Assembly: GCA_028717265.1 (NCBI GenBank)
Contig: JAQUOE010000002.1
Span: 36,948-100,947 of the forward strand
From: Actinomycetota bacterium
Lineage (GTDB): Bacteria > Actinomycetota > Humimicrobiia > Humimicrobiales > Humimicrobiaceae
Length of the DNA stretch: 64,000 bases
Direction: 5' to 3'
Positions 9,719 to 18,206 of this stretch are shown here, piece by piece. Position numbers and translations under genes: made by a program. Under the pieces are notes generated by a model. The model saw only the letters and a list, made by a program, of their open reading frames with translations. It did not search any database and was not told the DNA's origin. Each line of letters starts with the position of its first letter. The first letter of the stretch is position 1.

Positions 9719-11449
9719 CTAATAGATATTCTTTTTATTTTTTATTACGTCTTTTAGTTCACTGATAAAATCCGAAAGTTTTATTTCTTTTATGTCGCCG
9801 CCGGTTTTTTTTCTTATCGTAATTGTTCCTGTGTCTTTTTCATTTTTCCCAACTATGACCATATAAGGTATTTTTTTTATTTCTGCCTGCCTTATCTTTT
9901 TATTTAATGACTCTACTCTGTTATCCATCTCTACTCTAAAACCTTTTTTTTTCAGATGATCATAAATTTCCAGGCCGTAATCATAAAATTTTTCTGAAAT
10001 CGGAAGTATCGCTATCTGCTGAGGTGCAAGCCATGGCGGCATGTTCCCGCTGTAATGCTCGATCAGTATGCCTAAAAACCTTTCTATGCTGCCTAAAACA
10101 ACCCAATGAATCATTACCGGCCTGTGCCTTATATTGTCCTCCCCCATATACTCTATATCGAATTTTTCAGGCATTGCAAAATCAAGCTGTATGGTACCGC
10201 ACTGCCATGTCCTTCCCAGACAATCCTCTATGTGAAAATCAATTTTAGGACCATAGAAGGCGCCCTCCCCCTCATTTACCGCATATTCGAGTCCTCTGCT
10301 TTCAATTGCTTTCTTGAGTATATTCTCCGCTTTCTCCCACATCATATCGGTACCAATTCTTTTTTCCGGTCTGGTCGAAAGTTCAAGATGGTACTTATCA
10401 AAACCAAAAACCTTATATACACGGTCGATCAAACCTATTGTTTTCGATATTTCTTCTTCTGCCTGTTCTTCCATGCAGAATATATGAGCATCGTCCTGGG
10501 TGAAACTTCTTACTCTTAATAGCCCCAGCAAAACTCCCGATTTCTCGTGTCTGTGTACAAGCCCAAGTTCTGTAATTCTTATTGGTAATTCCTTATATGA
10601 ATGCTGATTTGATTTATATACTAAAATTGCACCCGGACAATTCATAGGCTTTATTGCATAATCATCTTCATCGATTTTTACAAAATACATATTTTCCCTG
10701 TAATTATCCCAGTGTCCCGAAGTCCTCCATAACTGGCTGCTCAGGATAATCGGCGTTTTTATTTCCTCATAACTTTCTTTTATATGTTCCTCTCTCCAGT
10801 AATCCAGAATGATATTTATCATAATCATCCCCTTTGAATGAAAGAAAGGGAACCCCGGAGCTTCATCATGAAAACTAAAAAGATCCAGGTCTTTTCCTAT
10901 TTTGCGGTGATCGCTTCTTTTTGCCTTTTCCAATCTATCCAGGTATTTTTTTAGCTCTTCTTTTTCAAAAAATGAAGTTCCGTATATCCTTACAAGCATC
11001 TTATTTTTTTCATTTCCCCGCCAATAAGCACCGGCAATACTCAGCAGTTTAAATGCTCCGACTTTTCCGGTAGAAGATATGTGCGGCCCCGAGCATAAAT
11101 CGATAAAATCTCCGGAAGAATAAATTCTAACGCTGTCCCCCTCGATGTCTTTTATAAGTTCGATCTTGTATGGATTGTTTTTAAATAATTCCCTCGCCTC
11201 TTTTTTACTGATTTCTTTTTTCTCAAACTTGTAATCCGCCTTTATTATTTTTTTCATCTCTTCTTCTATTAAAGGAAGATCTTCCATTGATATATTTTTA
11301 TCTATATCAAAATCATAATAAAAACCTTCCTTTATAGAGGGGCCTATTGCAAATTTCGCATCGGGAAATATTTTTTTTATTGCTGCAGCCATTATATGAG
11401 AAGAACTGTGATTCAATATATCGTATGCTTTTTTATCGTTTTCTATCAT
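9719..11449 (-). CDS. thrS: Threonine--tRNA ligase (lacks the N-terminal TGS domain)
   Basis: HSSSHIMAAAIKKIFP...GFYYDFD (N2 editing domain), class II catalytic core, and a C-terminal anticodon-binding domain. At 576 aa it begins in the N2 domain. Confidence 0.95.
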   Translation of the reverse strand: MIENDKKAYDILNHSSSHIMAAAIKKIFPDAKFAIGPSIKEGFYYDFDIDKNISMEDLPLIEEEMKKIIKADYKFEKKEISKKEARELFKNNPYKIELIKDIEGDSVRIYSSGDFIDLCSGPHISSTGKVGAFKLLSIAGAYWRGNEKNKMLVRIYGTSFFEKEELKKYLDRLEKAKRSDHRKIGKDLDLFSFHDEAPGFPFFHSKGMIMINIILDYWREEHIKESYEEIKTPIILSSQLWRTSGHWDNYRENMYFVKIDEDDYAIKPMNCPGAILVYKSNQHSYKELPIRITELGLVHRHEKSGVLLGLLRVRSFTQDDAHIFCMEEQAEEEISKTIGLIDRVYKVFGFDKYHLELSTRPEKRIGTDMMWEKAENILKKAIESRGLEYAVNEGEGAFYGPKIDFHIEDCLGRTWQCGTIQLDFAMPEKFDIEYMGEDNIRHRPVMIHWVVLGSIERFLGILIEHYSGNMPPWLAPQQIAILPISEKFYDYGLEIYDHLKKKGFRVEMDNRVESLNKKIRQAEIKKIPYMVIVGKNEKDTGTITIRKKTGGDIKEIKLSDFISELKDVIKNKKNIY

Positions 11450-11534
11450 TTATAATAAAATCCATTATATAATTTTTTATCATTATTATTATATATCTTT
11501 ATATGGCAAGGACAATTAATTATCCATAAAAAAA

Positions 11535-11610
11535 TGGAGCGGAAGACGGGACTCGGACCCGCGACCCCCACCTTGGCAAGGTGATGCTCTACCAGCTGAG
11601 CTACTTCCGC
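11535..11610 (-). tRNA. tRNA-Gly (GCC)
   Basis: Reverse complement is GCGGAAGUAGCUCAGCUGGUAGAGCAUCACCUUGCCAAGGUGGGGGUCGCGGGUCCGAGUCCCGUCUUCCGCUCCA. It folds as a cloverleaf with anticodon loop UUGCCAA and encoded CCA, and is near-identical in layout to E. coli tRNA-Gly(GCC). Confidence 0.85.
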
Positions 11611-11667
11611 ATGGTAAAATTTCGGTTCAATTATTATATTACTTTTGTCATTTATTTTGCAAAACAA

Positions 11668-11696
11668 ATATTATCCACTTGAAAAATAAAAGTCAA
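11668..11696 (-). promoter_or_regulatory. Candidate sigma-A promoter for tRNA-Gly and thrS
   Basis: Minus strand has TTGACT, a 17-nt spacer, then TAATAT, about 55 nt upstream of the tRNA 5' end. Confidence 0.35.
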
Positions 11697-11840
11697 CAAA
11701 ACACCCTGCCTGTCTTATTTCATCACATTATAAAATCATACTTACATATTATAAAAAAAGAATTTCTTTTTTTATTAAACATTATTTTATATAATTACAT
11801 TTGATTTTTCTTTAAAATAGTAGTTATATCAGGTGCCGTT

Positions 11841-12200
11841 ATGAACGAAAATTTATCATACGACGAAAAAGCTCAAACTATTGGTTATTTCCCTTTTATG
11901 GAACCCGATGAAAAGACTGTCTTTTCGGTAGCCGGTACCCTTGAAAATATAATAAGCGGTTTTCTGATTTTGACCAATAAAAAATTATTTTTTTATTTTT
12001 ATTCCAACATAACAAGAGATAAGAAATTCATAGCCACTTATCCCTATATAAATTCTGCAAGTCTCAAAGAGGGCATGATTTATTCGACGCTGGTCGTGAG
12101 CAATAAAAAGGAAAGTTTCAATATAAGTAAAATAAAGAAAAACGACGCCTTAAAATCCTACAAAATCTTAAATAAGATAATCAGTGACAATATAAAATAA
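11841..12200 (+). CDS. Hypothetical protein, bacterial PH-domain-like
   Basis: 119-aa ORF with an ATG start. The pattern FSVAGTLENIISGFLILTNKKLFFYF...STLVVSNKK resembles bacterial PH/GRAM-like (YokE/bPH) domains. No catalytic motifs. Confidence 0.5.
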   Translation: MNENLSYDEKAQTIGYFPFMEPDEKTVFSVAGTLENIISGFLILTNKKLFFYFYSNITRDKKFIATYPYINSASLKEGMIYSTLVVSNKKESFNISKIKKNDALKSYKILNKIISDNIK

Positions 12201-12226
12201 AAGTCGATCAACGGATATCTCGTATC

Positions 12227-12745
12227 TTACAGATCAGCTAAATCCAGCTTGAAACTGCTATCCATTATTTTGACCCAGACGCCTTTCTTTCCAAATTCCT
12301 TTGCTTCTTTCCTTGAATCGAAATATATATCTATCCTGTTACCCTTGATTTTCCCTCCGGTATCTTCCGCTGTAAAAAATCCCATGTCTTTTATTTCTAT
12401 TCTTGTCCCCAGAGGTATAACATCAGGATCAACTGCTATAATTCCCACTCTTACTTCTTCCCCGGTCGCGGTTACGTTATCTGTTCCCTGCACAGGATCA
12501 TCTGCGCTGTATCCGGAAGCGACAAAATAATACCAGTCCACTTTCTTCTCTACTTCTTTGATTTTCGTGACTACCACTTCTCCGGGAGACTCTTCGGAAC
12601 TTTCCAGTAAAGGCAGCAGAGTATCAATTTTATAATTATCAGCCAACATAAAAAACATTACTGTCAAAAGTAAAAAAGCTACCAGTATCCAGAATGAAAT
12701 ATGTATAGCTATATTATATTTTTTCATATTTTTCTTCCTTTGCAC
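12227..12745 (-). CDS. 3D domain-containing protein (MltA/YuiC-like, cell-wall associated)
   Basis: N-terminal transmembrane or signal segment. C-terminal 3D domain: YFVASGYSADDPVQGTDNVTATGEEVRVGIIAVDPDVIPLGTRIEI...DTGGKIKGNRIDIYF. Confidence 0.75.
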   Translation of the reverse strand: MQRKKNMKKYNIAIHISFWILVAFLLLTVMFFMLADNYKIDTLLPLLESSEESPGEVVVTKIKEVEKKVDWYYFVASGYSADDPVQGTDNVTATGEEVRVGIIAVDPDVIPLGTRIEIKDMGFFTAEDTGGKIKGNRIDIYFDSRKEAKEFGKKGVWVKIMDSSFKLDLADL

Positions 12746-12873
12746 GGCATTTTACAAAAAATATTAATAATTTAATTTAAACATCTATTAATAATGCCAT
12801 ACGAAGTTTCATATTATATATAAAAAAGCCTAAAAATCAACCCCGGAAATATTAGAGTGCCGTAAAATTCCTG

Positions 12874-12902
12874 TTGACCGAACATATGTTTGGTAGTAAT
12901 AT
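12874..12902 (+). promoter_or_regulatory. Promoter with an embedded Cheo-type LexA (SOS) box upstream of the dnaE paralog
   Basis: -35 TTGACC (12874-12879), a 17-nt spacer, then -10 TAATAT (12897-12902). The spacer contains CGAACATATGTTTG (12879-12892), which matches the Gram-positive-type LexA consensus CGAACRNRYGTTYC at 13 of 14 positions. Confidence 0.5.
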
Positions 12903-12978
12903 AAAAGAAACCGATACAGGCAGCCAGCTTTATATGCATATATCTAAACAAAACTCAGGAGGGCAAGACTCTAATAAA

Positions 12979-15900
12979 ATGGCTTTTTTTTCACATCTGC
13001 ACGTGCACAGCGAGTACAGCCTCATGGAATCGACCATTAAAATAAAGGACCTTGTCGGTGCTGCTGTAAGAAACAATATGGAGGCGGTTGCCCTCACCGA
13101 CAGATATGTGATGAGCGGAGCCATCGAATTTTACAAAGAAGCAATGAGCAAAAACATAAAACCCATAGTCGGATGTGAAATATGCGTCGAAAATAATACG
13201 ATGCTGTCGAGTCTTGTCATATTGATAAAGAATGCAGGAGGATACGAAAATCTATGTCAGGCAATAAGTAAATCACACATAGAAAGAAAAGGTCCTGCAC
13301 CGGTGGTCAGGATATCGGATCTTAAAAAAATGAGCGAAGGACTCTTGGGACTGAGCTGCTGCGGAACCGGCGAAATTTCCTTGCTTATAAAAGAAGGAAG
13401 AGCAAAGGAAGCACTGCAGTCGGCAGCAGACTACCGGGAATTATTCGAAGGGGATCTCTTCCTGGAGATCCAGAGATATCCGAAGTCAAGAGGGGATCTG
13501 TGCGCATCATCGTTTTCCGAGATACTGATCAATTTTGCATATGAGAACAACATCCCCGTAGCGGCGGCAAACAATGTCCATTATTTAAGTAAGGAAGATT
13601 ATGGAACATATAAGTATCTTTCTAAAATAAAAGCCATGGGAGCAAAAAATGATACCCGTATAAAGCAAATAGATAACAATGAACATTATTTCAAGTCCGC
13701 TTCCGAGATGGCCGGGATGTTCCACGATGTGCCGGGGGCAATTTCCAATACCCGGGCCATAGCAGAAAAATGCAATCTCAAACTGCCTCTCGGCAATATA
13801 GATTTTCCACACTTTAATAACAGGGTAAATGAAACGGAAGAAGGATATCTCAGGAAACTATGCTATGGGAAAGGCCTTAAATGGAGATACGGGGACGATC
13901 CTCCTGCAGATGTCCTCAGCAGACTGGAAAAGGAACTTAAGATAATAGCAGAAACAGGTTTATGCGGGTATTTTCTTATAGTGGCCGATATAGCAAGATA
14001 TGCATATAGAAATAATATCCCCATTTGCGGCAAGGGTTCCTCGGCAGGAAGTGTGGTATCTTACATACTGGGCATCTCAAATGTCGACCCTGTAAAAAAC
14101 AACCTTTATTTCGAGAGGTTTCTTAACAGAGAAAGGAAAGAACTCCCGGATATAGATATCGACGTTTCCGGCAAGAGAAGAGCCGAAATAGCAAGATACC
14201 TGGCAGACAGATATGGTAAAAACAATATTTCCAGAGTATGTATCTTTTCAACTCTCGGGCCAGGAGCTGCAATAAGAGATGCGGGAAGGATACTGGGCTG
14301 GGGCAAAGAAGATATGGATACTGTAATAAAAGCGGGCTATGGGCTCTCCTCATATCCGAACAGGCATAATATTGATACCGGGAACCTTACCGGAAATCCT
14401 GGATATACGGACGCAAAAAACACGCAGTACAAAAAAATAGCCTGCATTTCCGGAAAGATTGAAAGTTACCCGAGACACATCTCCACACATCCTTCCGCAT
14501 TTATAGTGTCCGGTTCCAATCTGGCAAAAAAGATTCCTCTTACCCTGTCCGAGACCGGGGAAATAATCAGCCAGTATGATAAAGGCAGCATAGAAGATCT
14601 CGGGCTTCTTAAAATAGACCTTATAAATTCTCTCACTCTCAGTTTAATAGACGATGCAGTAGGGATGCTGAAAAGCAAAAGAAATATAGACCTCGATATC
14701 GCCAAGATACCTTATAATGATAGAAAAACATTTGATTTGATGAAAAATGGAAAGACCCTGGGAGTCTTTCAACTGGAAAGTTTCGGTATAAGGAAACTGG
14801 CAAAAAAAGTAAAACCTTCTAATTTAAACGATATCGCACTGCTTATTTCTCTTTACAGACCCGGTCCACAGCAATCGGGAATGGTCAAAAATTTTATTGA
14901 GAGAAAATTCGGAAGAGAGAAAATCACTTATCCTCATGAGGACCTGGAGCCGATCCTGGAAGAGACGTATGGGATAATGCTATATCAGGAACAGGTCATG
15001 AGAATCGCAGCTGTGATAGCAGGATATTCTCTGGGCGAAGCAGATAATCTAAGGAAAGCCATGACCTGCCTTTCAAAGGAAGAGATGAGAAAACAGGCAG
15101 CAGGGTTTATGGAGGGTGCGGTCCGTAATGGTTACGGCGCAGATAAAGCAGGGGAAATTTTCAATCTTATTTCCAAATTTGCCAGTTACGGTTTCGTAAA
15201 AGCCCATGCAACCGCCTATGCCGAATTGACCTACAGGACATGCTATATGAAAGCACATTACCCTGCGGAACTCCTGTCGATAATACTGACCAATAATTCG
15301 GGGTATTACGGCAGAGGCCAATATATCGAAGAAGCAAGAAGATCTGATATAAAAATAAAACTTCCCCATATCAATAAAAACGGATTTGAATTCTCCGTCG
15401 AAGATGATGGAAAATCCATAAGGATCCCCCTGCTTAATGTAAAAGGACTGGGATATACAGGCGTAAATCACATAATAAACGAAAGGACCAAAAACGGAGA
15501 TTTTAAAGATTTTACCGATTTTTATTGTAGAATCTCAGAGAACTTCAGATTACCGGAAAAGGTAATCGAAAACCTTATAAAAGTAGGGGCATTTGATTTC
15601 ACCGGCCTGCAAAGGAAATATCTGCTGCTTGTCTGTCATAGTCTGAAGAACCTTAAAAAGGATAGCGATGCCCTTCTCCGAAGTAAATATCTCCAGCCCC
15701 GGGATATAGATCATCCCGGAGATTTTGATCTTGAAGAAAAGCTGGAACTGGAAGAAAAAATTCTGGGGTTTTGTGCAAGCCGCTCTCCTCTGATGTATTT
15801 TAAAGACGAACTGGAGCAGTATCGTACCGTAGAGAGCGGGGACTTCTCCCGCTCCATATCCGGTAAAAAAAATATATTTACTGCGGGAATCGTCATTTCC

Positions 15901-16197
15901 AGAAAAATCAATAAAGGCAGGAACGGCAGAAATATACTGTTGTGCACAATGGAAGACAGAGATGGGATGTATGAAACAGTGTTTTTCCCCGATGCTTCTG
16001 AAGACAGCTCAAAAACAATGATGAGCCGTTCCGCTCTGATTATTGAAGGAAGACCCTGCTTCAAGGATGGAGAGATATCCGTAATCGGTAAAAATGCTGT
16101 AAGTCTTACGGATTTAAAAAGAGCCAAAAGCGGGATCAGAAGAGACAACATTAAGAATATCTTGCTTAAGGAAGCAAGACCGGTATGGAAGACCTGA
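12979..16197 (+). CDS. dnaE: DNA polymerase III alpha subunit paralog (DnaE-type; shorter, SOS-box-associated copy)
   Basis: PHP domain (FSHLHVHSEYS), polymerase core (GKGSSAGSVVSYILGI, PDIDIDV, LYRPGP), and an OB fold, ending about 100 aa after the OB fold. The track start at TTG 12874 lies inside the promoter -35 box. The ATG at 12979 (MAFFSHLHVHSEYSL) matches the DnaE N-terminus and has AGGAGGG upstream. Confidence 0.9.
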   Translation: MAFFSHLHVHSEYSLMESTIKIKDLVGAAVRNNMEAVALTDRYVMSGAIEFYKEAMSKNIKPIVGCEICVENNTMLSSLVILIKNAGGYENLCQAISKSHIERKGPAPVVRISDLKKMSEGLLGLSCCGTGEISLLIKEGRAKEALQSAADYRELFEGDLFLEIQRYPKSRGDLCASSFSEILINFAYENNIPVAAANNVHYLSKEDYGTYKYLSKIKAMGAKNDTRIKQIDNNEHYFKSASEMAGMFHDVPGAISNTRAIAEKCNLKLPLGNIDFPHFNNRVNETEEGYLRKLCYGKGLKWRYGDDPPADVLSRLEKELKIIAETGLCGYFLIVADIARYAYRNNIPICGKGSSAGSVVSYILGISNVDPVKNNLYFERFLNRERKELPDIDIDVSGKRRAEIARYLADRYGKNNISRVCIFSTLGPGAAIRDAGRILGWGKEDMDTVIKAGYGLSSYPNRHNIDTGNLTGNPGYTDAKNTQYKKIACISGKIESYPRHISTHPSAFIVSGSNLAKKIPLTLSETGEIISQYDKGSIEDLGLLKIDLINSLTLSLIDDAVGMLKSKRNIDLDIAKIPYNDRKTFDLMKNGKTLGVFQLESFGIRKLAKKVKPSNLNDIALLISLYRPGPQQSGMVKNFIERKFGREKITYPHEDLEPILEETYGIMLYQEQVMRIAAVIAGYSLGEADNLRKAMTCLSKEEMRKQAAGFMEGAVRNGYGADKAGEIFNLISKFASYGFVKAHATAYAELTYRTCYMKAHYPAELLSIILTNNSGYYGRGQYIEEARRSDIKIKLPHINKNGFEFSVEDDGKSIRIPLLNVKGLGYTGVNHIINERTKNGDFKDFTDFYCRISENFRLPEKVIENLIKVGAFDFTGLQRKYLLLVCHSLKNLKKDSDALLRSKYLQPRDIDHPGDFDLEEKLELEEKILGFCASRSPLMYFKDELEQYRTVESGDFSRSISGKKNIFTAGIVISRKINKGRNGRNILLCTMEDRDGMYETVFFPDASEDSSKTMMSRSALIIEGRPCFKDGEISVIGKNAVSLTDLKRAKSGIRRDNIKNILLKEARPVWKT

Positions 16198-17363
16198 GGA
16201 GAATAATACACGTGGATATGGATGCTTTCTTTGCCCAGATAGAGCAAAGGGATGCTCCTGAATATAAGAATAAACCTTTGATAGTAGGCGGACCGCTGAA
16301 CAGAGGCGTGATTTCCTCCGCTTCTTACGAAGCAAGAAAATATGGTTTGCATTCAGGGATGCCTCTGATCCGCGCAAAGAGGCTGTGCCCCGAAGGCATT
16401 TTCATTCCGGTCAACATGGAAAAATATCTTAAGGAGTCGATGCTGATAAAAAAGATATTCTTTCAATTCACTCCCCTGGTAGAATCCATAGGCTGCGATG
16501 AAGCCTTTCTGGATATAACCGGCTGCCAGAAACTTTTTGGTAATGAGCTGGAAATTGCCAAAAAAATAAAGGGCAGGATCTATGAACAGACCAATTTGAC
16601 TTCCTCTGCCGGTATAGGTCCCAATAAGTTTTTAGCCAAGCTTGCCTCAAGCATAGGAAAACCTAACGGCCTTACGGTCCTTGAAAATACCAGAGAAGTC
16701 ATGGAAAAAGTCAGGCTCCTTCCGGTATCTTATATATGGGGCGTGGGAAGAGTCACGGATGAGCAGTTCAAATCAATGGGGATCGAAACCATTGGCGACC
16801 TTGCCGATACTCCGCTGCCAATAATCGAAAATAAATTCGGGGAATCCGGGAGGATCATCCATGAGATGGCAAACGGGACCGATAACAGAAAAGTAGTGAT
16901 AAATCAGGAACCGAAATCGATAGGAAGAGAGGTGACTTATAGAAAAGATGTGGATGATTTTGAGATACTCAGATCGACCCTTCTTTTTCTCTCTCAAAAA
17001 GTATCCAGAAATCTCCGCTTACAGAAATATAAAGGCAAAGTAATCACTCTCAAGGTAAGATTTTCCGATTTTAAGACGATCACCAGGAGAGTGACTTTAA
17101 AAAAATACACCTCCGGCATGTTCGATATACAGAAATCCTCCGTTCTCCTGCTTAAAAATTTTGATTTGAACAGAAAAAAAATCAGACTGATCGGGGTTTC
17201 GGTAAGCAATTTGAAACCAGTCTTCATGCTGGAAAACCTGCTTCCAGACGACAGATCTGCGAACGAAAATCTGAACGAAGCTATTGACAGAATATCGGAT
17301 AAATTTGGTGAGAATAAACTTACTATAGCGGGATTGGCTTATAAAGATGAAATAATGGATTAA
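16185..17363 (+). CDS. dinB: DNA polymerase IV (Y-family translesion polymerase)
   Basis: DMDAFFAQIE and CDEAFLDIT catalytic acidic motifs are intact, so this is not an ImuB-like inactive paralog. Little-finger domain present. The ATG overlaps the dnaE stop by 13 nt. Confidence 0.9.
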   Translation: MEDLRRIIHVDMDAFFAQIEQRDAPEYKNKPLIVGGPLNRGVISSASYEARKYGLHSGMPLIRAKRLCPEGIFIPVNMEKYLKESMLIKKIFFQFTPLVESIGCDEAFLDITGCQKLFGNELEIAKKIKGRIYEQTNLTSSAGIGPNKFLAKLASSIGKPNGLTVLENTREVMEKVRLLPVSYIWGVGRVTDEQFKSMGIETIGDLADTPLPIIENKFGESGRIIHEMANGTDNRKVVINQEPKSIGREVTYRKDVDDFEILRSTLLFLSQKVSRNLRLQKYKGKVITLKVRFSDFKTITRRVTLKKYTSGMFDIQKSSVLLLKNFDLNRKKIRLIGVSVSNLKPVFMLENLLPDDRSANENLNEAIDRISDKFGENKLTIAGLAYKDEIMD

Positions 17364-17373
17364 GCCATATTGT

Positions 17374-17892
17374 TTATTTTTCGATAAATATTTCGAATCT
17401 TTCTCTTTTAGCCTTGCATACGGGACATATTTCCGGTGGTTTTTCCCTTGCACACAGGTAACCGCATACCTTGCATCTCCACACCGGATATTCAAGATTT
17501 AAAACTTTATCCATATATTTTTTTACTTCCTTCTGATTAAACTTTTTTTGTCCCATAAATCTTCTTTCCGGAACGGGGTTTAATTTCTTTTTACCTGACA
17601 GGATTTCCTTATCTACATAAAGTCCGCAATAACAGGTTCCGTAATCATCCAGATCGGGGTCACGGTAATCACAGGGGCATATTATATCCAGATCTTTTTC
17701 TTTATTACCAGATGCCAGTCTGCAGGGACAGGCCTGATATCCATATCTTTCCTGATTTACAAGCAAACCTCTTACCAGTTTTTTCGTGAAACCGGTATCA
17801 GGATTCAGGTGGTATCCCCCCGATCCAGCATCATCTTTCAATTTTATATATAACTTTTCAATTTCTTCGTCTGCTATCTCGGCCTTTTTCAT
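17374..17892 (-). CDS. Ferredoxin-thioredoxin reductase catalytic-subunit-like protein fused to a rubredoxin-like domain
   Basis: FTR catalytic-subunit Cys pattern CPCR...CPCD...CYC (the CPC/CPC/CHC-type 4Fe-4S plus redox-active disulfide arrangement). C-terminal WRCKVCGYLC...CPVC rubredoxin-type Cys4 knuckle. Confidence 0.75.
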   Translation of the reverse strand: MKKAEIADEEIEKLYIKLKDDAGSGGYHLNPDTGFTKKLVRGLLVNQERYGYQACPCRLASGNKEKDLDIICPCDYRDPDLDDYGTCYCGLYVDKEILSGKKKLNPVPERRFMGQKKFNQKEVKKYMDKVLNLEYPVWRCKVCGYLCAREKPPEICPVCKAKRERFEIFIEK

Positions 17893-18206
17893 TACTTAAA
17901 TCTTTCTCTTATTTTTACCTCATCGAATCCTATTATGGAGTAATTTTCATCAACCACAATTGTGGGAAAACTGCATGCAGGATTATATTTTTTTATCTCT
18001 TCCACTATTTCATCCTGGTCCTTTTCATCTGCCAGATCTACATCTATATAGGAATATTCGACATTTAACCGGTCTAAAAGTTCTTTTGTTTTCATGCACC
18101 ATTGACAGGTACTTAATGCATACAGGACAATGCTGCCTTTGTTAGTTCCCTCTATATGATTCATTTTAATGCTCATAATAATATCCCTCCTGTTTAATAC
18201 TTCCAT
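17892..18206 (-). CDS. Glutaredoxin-like protein (YruB/NrdH-like thioredoxin fold)
   Basis: CQWC active-site motif after a beta strand (IVLYALSTCQWC), a downstream PTIVVD motif, 104 aa. The stop overlaps the start of the downstream gene. Confidence 0.75.
   Translation of the reverse strand: MEVLNRRDIIMSIKMNHIEGTNKGSIVLYALSTCQWCMKTKELLDRLNVEYSYIDVDLADEKDQDEIVEEIKKYNPACSFPTIVVDENYSIIGFDEVKIRERFK

Noticed and set aside
11446-11667. 73-aa ORF on the minus strand
   Set aside because: It is the translation of the tRNA-Gly gene and its flanks (AEVAQLVEHHLAKVGVAGPSPVF is simply the tRNA read as codons). Not a protein.
12874-12978. N-terminal 35-codon extension of the dnaE ORF (TTG start) in the ORF track
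   Set aside because: The TTG is the first half of the -35 hexamer TTGACC, and the extension spans the -10 box and the LexA box. The conserved DnaE N-terminus begins at the ATG at 12979, so the extension is non-coding.
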